From positions 1 through 64,000 of the forward strand of contig JAVZCV010000002.1 in assembly GCA_038874215.1 (NCBI GenBank): a stretch of DNA of 64,000 nucleotides, written 5' to 3'. Shown here piece by piece: positions 57,079 to 64,000 of the stretch; position 1 is the stretch's first letter; each line of letters begins with the position of its first letter. The position numbers were made by a program, and so were the translations under genes. The notes under the pieces were generated by a model, which saw only the letters and a list, made by a program, of their open reading frames with translations, did not search any database and had not been told where the DNA came from. This DNA is from Candidatus Micrarchaeia archaeon (GTDB taxonomy: Archaea > Micrarchaeota > Micrarchaeia > Burarchaeales > JAVZCV01).

Positions 57079-58188
57079 ATGCGCGTTGTCTATTCTATCG
57101 GCGTTGAGCTTTCCAGCGGAGCTCTCGCCGAGGTTGGGCTCAACGCAATACATGCAATAGAAAAGAAGGGAATGCTAAAAAGTGCATTTTTTTTGCATGG
57201 GGCGAAGGACGCCGATAGCGGTCTGGTACGGGAAAACTATGCGCGCATAAATCTGCCCGCATTCGTTCTTCATCGCTACTGGGCAAAAGACAACCTTTTT
57301 GACATTTCAGTCGCGATGAAAATGCCAAGCTGTGAAATATTCCATGGGTGGAACGGTTTTTCGCTATTTTCAATCATGGCTGCAAAAAGGAAGAATGCAA
57401 AAACGATCGTAGAGCGTGCATCAACCCACATACTAACACAAAAGAAAATACTTGAAACAGAACGCATGCTTTTTGGTTTAAGCGGAAGCGGCCTAAACCC
57501 CATCTCTGTTAGGAAATCACTGCTTGAGTACAAGCATGCGCACTATGTTTTTGTGCCTTCCGACCTTGCCTATAACTCTTTCGTTGAAAACGGTTTTGAA
57601 AGAGAACGGCTCATAAAAATACCGCTTGGTGTTGACTTGGGGGTGTTCTCTCCTGCGAAAAAAGAAAGCGACGTTTTCACTGTTCTCTTTGTTGGAAGCA
57701 TCATACTGCGTAAGGGCTTGCAGTATCTCCTGCAGGCATACAGCAAGATGGACAAAAAAGGTAAAGAGCTTGTCGTTATCGGCTCCGTTTCCCCCGAGAT
57801 GAGGCGCATATTCAACCTTTACATGCAAAAGATGAAATTTAAGCACATAGAATGGGCAGACAACCTTTTGCCATACTACAGAAATGCGAGCGTTTTCGTT
57901 CTCCCGACTCTTGAGGAGGGGTTTTCGCTTGCACTCCTAAAGGCGATGGCGTGCGGCATTCCCGTCATAACAACAGAGAATTCAGGCTTACCAATCCGCG
58001 ATGGGGTTGAAGGTTTCATATGTCCTTTCCGCGACCCAAAATCAATACGCGAGAAACTACTGTATCTTTTTGAAAACGAGAGCGAACGAAAAAGGATGGG
58101 CAATATGGCGAGAAGGAAGGCAGAGGATTTCTCGTGGGATAAATACGGCGAAAACCTCATTAAGGTATATCGTTCCTTGTGTGAATGA
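57079..58188 (+). CDS. Glycosyltransferase family 4
   Basis: FVG....RKG, EEGF....L.AMACG.PVI (second Glu of ExxxxxxxE replaced by Lys). Confidence 0.9.
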   Translation: MRVVYSIGVELSSGALAEVGLNAIHAIEKKGMLKSAFFLHGAKDADSGLVRENYARINLPAFVLHRYWAKDNLFDISVAMKMPSCEIFHGWNGFSLFSIMAAKRKNAKTIVERASTHILTQKKILETERMLFGLSGSGLNPISVRKSLLEYKHAHYVFVPSDLAYNSFVENGFERERLIKIPLGVDLGVFSPAKKESDVFTVLFVGSIILRKGLQYLLQAYSKMDKKGKELVVIGSVSPEMRRIFNLYMQKMKFKHIEWADNLLPYYRNASVFVLPTLEEGFSLALLKAMACGIPVITTENSGLPIRDGVEGFICPFRDPKSIREKLLYLFENESERKRMGNMARRKAEDFSWDKYGENLIKVYRSLCE

Positions 58189-58205
58189 ATGTTGGTGCGT
58201 TGCCG

Positions 58206-58841
58206 ATGAAATACTATGAATACTATTGGACTGCAATGAAACCGCATTGCGAGATTACGCACGCAAAGAAGGATGCGTTCACCCTTCTTAAAGGCAAAAA
58301 AGTACTTGATGTCGGCTGTGGGGACGGAGAACACTACGGGAAGGCTCTCGCAAAGGAATGCCAGCTTTATGGGATAGATATCTCAAACGAGGCCGTGTCT
58401 ATTGCAAGAAAAAACGGCATGGATGCCACTGTTGGGGAGGCAGACAACCTTCCTTTCGGAGATGGGGAATTTGACGCGGTCTTGTTTATTGACGTTCTTG
58501 AACACCTTTTCAATCCAGAAGGTGCCCTCCACGAGGCAAACCGCGTTTTGAAAAACAACGGTTTTATTATAGTATCCCTGCCGAATGCCGCTTACATCCG
58601 CGAGAGGCTTTCTTTCCTATTTGGGGATTTCAACCCGCGAGGCTCGCCCCACACTTCTTTTGATTCGCCTTGGGCTGACCCCCACATACGCTTCTTCACC
58701 AAGAAAACGGTTATGGCACTTCTCCAAAAAACAGGCTTCAAAGTCCGCGTTTTTATAGGGGAGGCAGGCATACCAATACTATCGCATTTCTTCCCTTCTC
58801 TCTTTGCCTCGGATTTCCTCATAATCGCAGAAAAGCAGTGA
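58206..58841 (+). CDS. Class I SAM-dependent methyltransferase
   Basis: VLDVGCGDG, GIDIS, DVLEHL, PHIRFFT. Confidence 0.9.
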   Translation: MKYYEYYWTAMKPHCEITHAKKDAFTLLKGKKVLDVGCGDGEHYGKALAKECQLYGIDISNEAVSIARKNGMDATVGEADNLPFGDGEFDAVLFIDVLEHLFNPEGALHEANRVLKNNGFIIVSLPNAAYIRERLSFLFGDFNPRGSPHTSFDSPWADPHIRFFTKKTVMALLQKTGFKVRVFIGEAGIPILSHFFPSLFASDFLIIAEKQ

Positions 58842-58845
58842 TTCC

Positions 58846-59727
58846 ATGGCCACTGGCAAAAAACCAGAATTGAGCGTCGTCGTCCCAACATATAATCGGG
58901 CAGAAAAACTAAAAGAGACGCTGAATTCCCTTTTGCGCCAGAGTATCCCGTGCGAGATAATCATCGTAGATGACGGTTCGCGCGATGATACGCCCCTGAT
59001 TGCTAAAAATTTTGGCTTTAAATACATAAAGTGCGAGCACAGGGGACCAGCAGCATCACGCAACATCGGAATAAAGAATGCGAACGCAGACATAGTTGCC
59101 TTTATAGATGACGACTGCATAGCACCCGAAAGATGGGCTGAAACCTTGCTTGAAGGCTACAAGCGTCATCCTCATGTTGCAGGAGCTGGAGGCTACATGC
59201 TACCCCCCCAAGATGCGAAGGGCATTTTTGCAGATTACGAACGCCATAACACAAAGAAATACGGTGCTTTTTCAGGAGAGAGCGTATACAAGGAAGACGG
59301 ACCCGTAGGCTCCACATGCAACATGTCTTACAGAAAAAGCGTGCTTTTAGAAGCAGGCGGATTTGATGAGCGCTTCGTATCTGCAGCTGGCGAGGATATA
59401 GACCTTCGCGACCGCGTCTATGAACTGGGATACTCTCTGCTTTTCATTCCTGTTGCAGTAATCCACAATGCCGACTATTCCTTTCGCGGTTTTTTAAGGA
59501 GATCCTTGATGCGTGCCGATGGGGTTTTTGTTTACGAGCAGAAGCGTGGGCGAAGGTTCTCCATTAAAACAAATACATTCAATGCGCTTTCTGCCTTCCT
59601 GCGCTTTCTGCTCTTCCTTATCCTTATTGACTCAATTTCTGCATTAGAAAGCCTTGAGCTTTTTATAGTGAATGCGGGCATCATACGGAGGTGTCTCTCT
59701 GATCGTCTCTCTTTTTGCACCCCTTGA
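58846..59727 (+). CDS. Glycosyltransferase family 2
   Basis: SVVVPTYNR, DDGS, RN.G, FIDDD, GGFDE, ED.D. Confidence 0.93.
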   Translation: MATGKKPELSVVVPTYNRAEKLKETLNSLLRQSIPCEIIIVDDGSRDDTPLIAKNFGFKYIKCEHRGPAASRNIGIKNANADIVAFIDDDCIAPERWAETLLEGYKRHPHVAGAGGYMLPPQDAKGIFADYERHNTKKYGAFSGESVYKEDGPVGSTCNMSYRKSVLLEAGGFDERFVSAAGEDIDLRDRVYELGYSLLFIPVAVIHNADYSFRGFLRRSLMRADGVFVYEQKRGRRFSIKTNTFNALSAFLRFLLFLILIDSISALESLELFIVNAGIIRRCLSDRLSFCTP

Positions 59728-60769
59728 AAAGCACTGGGCAAGCATGCACGTATTTACGCAAAACCTTGCAAAAAATCTGCCCTCAGGAGTGCATGTTTCA
59801 AGGCCATTCATCCCATACATAAGGCTCCCGCTCGCTTCATTAGAGCGCAGAAGCATATCCTTTTTCAAGCATATCGTCTATCCTAACGTTGCGCATATTT
59901 CACAGGGAGCAATAAACCACATCACAGACCACAGCTACTCTTTTTTAATAAAAAAAATTGACCCAAAAAGAACGCTTGTGACATGCCACGACCTTATCCC
60001 CCTTAATTTTTTTGAAGAAAGCATAAGGGATGCTTTTCTGCGCGATATATCGCCAATTAGGGATGCAGCAGCTATCGTAGCCGATTCTAAAAAAACAAAG
60101 GCCGACATAGTTGAAAAGCTTGGAATTGAAGAGAAAAAAATACGGGTTGTGCCGCTGGGTGTTGATCATGAACGCTTTTTTCCGTTTGATGAAAAAAGAA
60201 AGAGATGCACAAGAGCCAAATTCGGCTTCGGCTCAGAATTCGTAGTCCTGCATGTTGGCAGCACGCTTCCTTATAAGAACATAGAGGGCATAATACATGC
60301 GCTCTCGTTGATAGAGGATGAAATACTCTTTGTAAAGGTCGGTTGGGATTTCACTGCTGAGCAAAAAAAATTCATTGATAAAAAAGGCATCCGCAAGAAA
60401 ATATCTTATATCGGAAAACTTAAAGATGCCCAGATGCCCGAGATATACAATGCATGCGACCTTCTCGTTTTCCCATCCTTCAATGAGGGCTTTGGTCTTC
60501 CCATAATAGAAGCAATGGCATGCGGCCTTCCCGTCCTCACATCAAATAGCGGGGGTTGCGAAGAAACGGCAGGAGATGCAGGGATACTAGTGGAACCATC
60601 CGATGCAGGAGCGATAGCCGACGCAATAATGCAGGTTATGCAATCAAAGGATTTTGCATGCGAAATTTCCAAAAAAGGATTAAAGAGGGCAGCGGAATTC
60701 TCATGGAAGAGAACAGCAGAAGAATACATGCACATTTATACCCACATCATAAAGTCATTAAAGAGGTAG
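59672..60769 (+). CDS. Glycosyltransferase family 4 (start uncertain)
   Basis: TCHDL, KN.EG, EGFGLP..EAMACG. Confidence 0.92.
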   Translation: MRASYGGVSLIVSLFAPLEKHWASMHVFTQNLAKNLPSGVHVSRPFIPYIRLPLASLERRSISFFKHIVYPNVAHISQGAINHITDHSYSFLIKKIDPKRTLVTCHDLIPLNFFEESIRDAFLRDISPIRDAAAIVADSKKTKADIVEKLGIEEKKIRVVPLGVDHERFFPFDEKRKRCTRAKFGFGSEFVVLHVGSTLPYKNIEGIIHALSLIEDEILFVKVGWDFTAEQKKFIDKKGIRKKISYIGKLKDAQMPEIYNACDLLVFPSFNEGFGLPIIEAMACGLPVLTSNSGGCEETAGDAGILVEPSDAGAIADAIMQVMQSKDFACEISKKGLKRAAEFSWKRTAEEYMHIYTHIIKSLKR

Positions 60770-60773
60770 GCTA

Positions 60774-62195
60774 ATGCATGTCCTTTTCATATACCCCGAC
60801 ATAATATTTAAAGAGAACTGGAATGGGCAGTACTACTCGGGCATAGCTTACATATCATCCGTTCTTAAAGAAAACGGCCATAAAACCTCGCTCCTTCACA
60901 TAACACAGCCAATCAGGCGGAAAAATCTCATAGAGCTTGTAAAACGAGAGGTCAAGGGCGATACGATAATAGGCATTTCTTCTACAACAAACATGTTCCC
61001 ATTCGCTGCGAGATGGGCAAAATGGATAAAAGAAGAGTTACCAGAAACCACCATACTCTGCGGAGGAGTCCACCCAACCTTATCGCCAAAAAGCGTCATA
61101 AAAACCAGCAACATAGATGCCATTGTTGTTGGCGAGGGTGAATACCCCACACTAGAAATATGCGATGCGCTTGAAAAAGGAGCATGGATAAACGGGATAC
61201 CAAACGTTTGGGTTCGCGATGGGCAAAGAATATACGCAAACCCAACACGCCCGCCTATAAAACTTGATTCTCTTCCACTGCCCGATAGAAGCATCTTCAA
61301 GATGAGGGAATTGTTCTGGGAAAGACAAGGAATAGGAAATCTCATAGTTTCAAGGGGGTGCCCATATAACTGCGCATACTGTTGCAACCATGCGCTAAGA
61401 AAGTTCATGGGTTCGGGTGTGCGAATGAGAAGCGTTGAGAAGACCATAGAAGAGGCAAACCAACTTATAACAGAATATCCCTTCATAAAAAAGCTGCACT
61501 TTGATGATGACATATTCGGCTTATCAATTGGCTGGCTTCGTGAATTTGCAGAGAAATTCCCAGATGAAGTGGGTGTGCCATTCAGCTGCAACATACGTGC
61601 AAACCTGCTTACAGATGAGCGCATCGCACTTCTGAAAAAATCAGGCTGCTACCGTTTGCAGATTGGAGTAGAGAGCGGGAATGATTTCATACGCAATGAG
61701 ATAATGAACCGCAACATGAGCAGGGAAACGATCGTACGCGCATTTAAAAAAGCGAAGGAGGCGGGCTTTGAGACATATGCGTTCAACATGATCGGCCTGC
61801 CGCATGAGAATGCGGCTGCAGTTCTTGATACCGTTAAGTTAAATGCCGAGATAGAACCAGATATGTTCCAATGCTCAATATTCTATCCCTACCCCTCAAC
61901 ACGCCTTTACTCTCTCTGCCGCAAGGAAAATATGATAAGGCGCAGGCAGATGCATAGCTATTTCCGAGGTAGCATACTCAACCTGCAAGGCATGTCAGAT
62001 GCACAGCTTGAAGTTTTCAACAGATACTTTGAACACCTCGTTGCACTATATGGAGATGCGAAAGCAATCCCGAAGGTGCATAAGCTGCTTGATACCATGC
62101 TCTGTTCACGAGCGTTTCCTATTTTCGCAGGCAACCTCATCTCCTGTTACCTCTGGATGAAACAACTTCATCGTAAATTCTTTCAATCTCAATAG
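60774..62195 (+). CDS. Cobalamin-binding radical SAM protein
   Basis: B12-binding N-domain (GGVHPT, GEGE), SRGCPYNCAYC, DDDIF, GVESG, MIGLP.E. Confidence 0.92.
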   Translation: MHVLFIYPDIIFKENWNGQYYSGIAYISSVLKENGHKTSLLHITQPIRRKNLIELVKREVKGDTIIGISSTTNMFPFAARWAKWIKEELPETTILCGGVHPTLSPKSVIKTSNIDAIVVGEGEYPTLEICDALEKGAWINGIPNVWVRDGQRIYANPTRPPIKLDSLPLPDRSIFKMRELFWERQGIGNLIVSRGCPYNCAYCCNHALRKFMGSGVRMRSVEKTIEEANQLITEYPFIKKLHFDDDIFGLSIGWLREFAEKFPDEVGVPFSCNIRANLLTDERIALLKKSGCYRLQIGVESGNDFIRNEIMNRNMSRETIVRAFKKAKEAGFETYAFNMIGLPHENAAAVLDTVKLNAEIEPDMFQCSIFYPYPSTRLYSLCRKENMIRRRQMHSYFRGSILNLQGMSDAQLEVFNRYFEHLVALYGDAKAIPKVHKLLDTMLCSRAFPIFAGNLISCYLWMKQLHRKFFQSQ

Positions 62196-63297
62196 CATGC
62201 TGGCTTATTCCAAAGCGCTTTGAGAATTCAAATGCCCGCCTGCCCATATCCATCGCTTTTTTCCTGTCAGCAAGCAGCATCACGATTTTATCCGCAAGTT
62301 CCTCCTCATCCTTAGGTTTTACAAGAAATCCTGTCTTACCATCTTCAACAAGTTCGCTGAACGCACCAACATCGCTTGCAACAACGGGACGTGCTGTTGA
62401 AAATGCCTCAAGTATCACAAGCCCGAACGTCTCGGGCCATATTGAAGGGGCAACAACAACCCTGCTTCTCTCAAAAAGCTTCTCCTTTTGCCTATCGCTT
62501 ATCTTCCCGAGCATTTTTATGCCATCAGCCCCAGTTTCTGTAGCCCAAATACCTTCACCCGCTATCACAAGTTTTGCATCGCTAACCCTATCGCGTACTT
62601 TTGAAAATGCTCTCTCTAGATAGCCTATGCCTTTAAGAGGATTTAATCTGCCCACATACGTGACTATTTTTTCAACACCCATGTACTTCTCGCCGATAGG
62701 CTCTATTCCATGTGGCAGATGAATTACCTTCTCGCTCTTTATCCCGTTCCTTATTAGAAGGTTCTTGACGAATAAACTTGGCGCTATGTACTTGTCTATA
62801 AACCTATCATACGGTTTGGTTGCGAATATCGCTTCCCGAAGTGCAAACAAGCTTCTGCCTGTTAAGGTGGTTGAGCAAAGAGAGCATATCCTAACCCCCC
62901 CCTTCATCTTCGGGCACTGTTCCCCGTCCGTAGTGTAGTATGTCAAAAGCGGGCAGAACATCCAGTGGTCATGCACCGTTAAAACTACGGGTGCCTTCCT
63001 TGAAACCCTACCAAGCGCAGCTAAAGAGATCCCCCAAACACCATGCACATGCACAACGTCAGCATCAATATCCAGCTTTATATCGGGGTTAAAAACATCC
63101 CTTCGCATTATCTGATCATGGCTCCTCCCAATTCCAACGACCTTGATTCCCCCTTCAATCTCCCTATCTTCCGTATCGCAGGCGAATATCGTTACCTCGT
63201 GTCTCTTTGCCAACTCTTTTGAGAGCGACAGGCAGTAGCGCTCGCTTCCTCCAATGCCTTCACCGCTAAACTTGTTCGTCAACTGAGCTATCCGCAT
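62137..63297 (-). CDS. Glycosyltransferase family 4
   Basis: GGSE, TVHD.W..CP, GRL...KG, ETFG.V.LEA. Confidence 0.92.
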   Translation of the reverse strand: MRIAQLTNKFSGEGIGGSERYCLSLSKELAKRHEVTIFACDTEDREIEGGIKVVGIGRSHDQIMRRDVFNPDIKLDIDADVVHVHGVWGISLAALGRVSRKAPVVLTVHDHWMFCPLLTYYTTDGEQCPKMKGGVRICSLCSTTLTGRSLFALREAIFATKPYDRFIDKYIAPSLFVKNLLIRNGIKSEKVIHLPHGIEPIGEKYMGVEKIVTYVGRLNPLKGIGYLERAFSKVRDRVSDAKLVIAGEGIWATETGADGIKMLGKISDRQKEKLFERSRVVVAPSIWPETFGLVILEAFSTARPVVASDVGAFSELVEDGKTGFLVKPKDEEELADKIVMLLADRKKAMDMGRRAFEFSKRFGISQHAIEIERIYDEVVSSRGNRR

Positions 63298-63420
63298 TCT
63301 AACCCTCTTTTATACCACATAGGTTTCCTTCATTACTGCTTGCATGGCCGCCTTTTTCAAAAAAAGGCACAGCATCACCAAAACAATTTAATTAATTACA
63401 TATAAACTTATTTGGAGTCT

Positions 63421-64000
63421 ATGGAACATGAGTTAATAAGGATTTCACTTGCTGTGGCGGCGTGTGCGCTCGGGGCATACTACGATATTAAAAACAACAG
63501 GAATGTCCCAAACTGGGTTACATACTCCTTCGTTGCTATCGGCGTTTTTATAAACGCCATCCCCTTTGATCTTTCCTTTATCCTTCCTGTTTTTGCTGTT
63601 TCTGCCCTTATTTTCATTGTCGGCTATTTGTTCTACAGGCTTGGGCAGATAGGGGGAGCAGACGTTCTTTTATTTACCGGCGTGTCCCTCGCACTTCCGT
63701 ATCCCCCCTCGCACCTCTCTTCTACCCTTTTTGAATATCCCTTCATACTTCCTGTCTTCGTTGTTTCTGGTGTTCTGTTCAGCATTGCAATGCTCATAGC
63801 ATACGTGCCGCGTATTTTTGCAGATGTGCGTGCGCGAAAAGTAAAAACCAGCCCTTATGGCGTCTTACTCTCGCTCATCATGCTCCTTGCATACACCGCA
63901 GTCATCTATATGCTGGCCCAGATACTGCCATTGCGACCCCTCCAAATTCTCATTTTGGTTATCGTGGTGTTTTCTGCGGTTTTCTTCATGCTTTTCAGGG
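63421..64000 (+). CDS. Prepilin/prearchaellin peptidase (A24; FlaK/PibD/EppA-like), 3'-truncated (not in ORF track)
   Basis: MEHELIRISLAVAACALGAYYDIKNNRNVPNW...GQIGGADVLL: both catalytic Asp motifs (YD, GGAD); frame open to the window end. Confidence 0.88.
   Translation, partial: MEHELIRISLAVAACALGAYYDIKNNRNVPNWVTYSFVAIGVFINAIPFDLSFILPVFAVSALIFIVGYLFYRLGQIGGADVLLFTGVSLALPYPPSHLSSTLFEYPFILPVFVVSGVLFSIAMLIAYVPRIFADVRARKVKTSPYGVLLSLIMLLAYTAVIYMLAQILPLRPLQILILVIVVFSAVFFMLFR

Overview
Archaeal chromosomal window, most likely DPANN/Micrarchaeota (three-unit epsilon2-like tRNA splicing endonuclease, multi-intron tRNAs including tRNA-Ile(UAU), class I LysRS, DPANN-style 'GQxxxEY' pilins). 1-19 kb is a composite surface-appendage locus: a 5'-truncated, repeat-built giant surface protein, two type IV pilus platform (PilC/TadC-like) genes, a complete but rearranged Euryarchaeota-style archaellum set (3x arlB, arlC, arlD/E, arlF, arlG, arlH, inverted arlI-arlJ), and 4-5 class III signal-peptide pilin-like genes interleaved with it. 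19-55 kb is housekeeping (EndoIV, NadC, HDAC, thermosome, GGPP synthase, LysRS, aTrm56, TFE, NreA, Dph5, NAD kinase, Taw1, EndA, RNase HII, RecJ-like, beta-CASP, ferredoxin-GGR-Rpo6, and the rnp4-S19e-L39e-L31e-aIF6-L18a-prefoldin-ftsY operon, SRP54, MscS). It also holds three intron-containing tRNA genes absent from the ORF track: Lys(CUU) with a 59/60 T-loop intron, iMet(CAU) with a 37/38 intron, and Ile(UAU) with three introns (29/30, 37/38, 59/60). 55-64 kb is a glycosylation cluster with a B12-dependent radical SAM enzyme, ending at a truncated prepilin/prearchaellin peptidase. I saw no CRISPR array, transposase, integrase or rRNA. Family calls come from motif recognition, not database searches.
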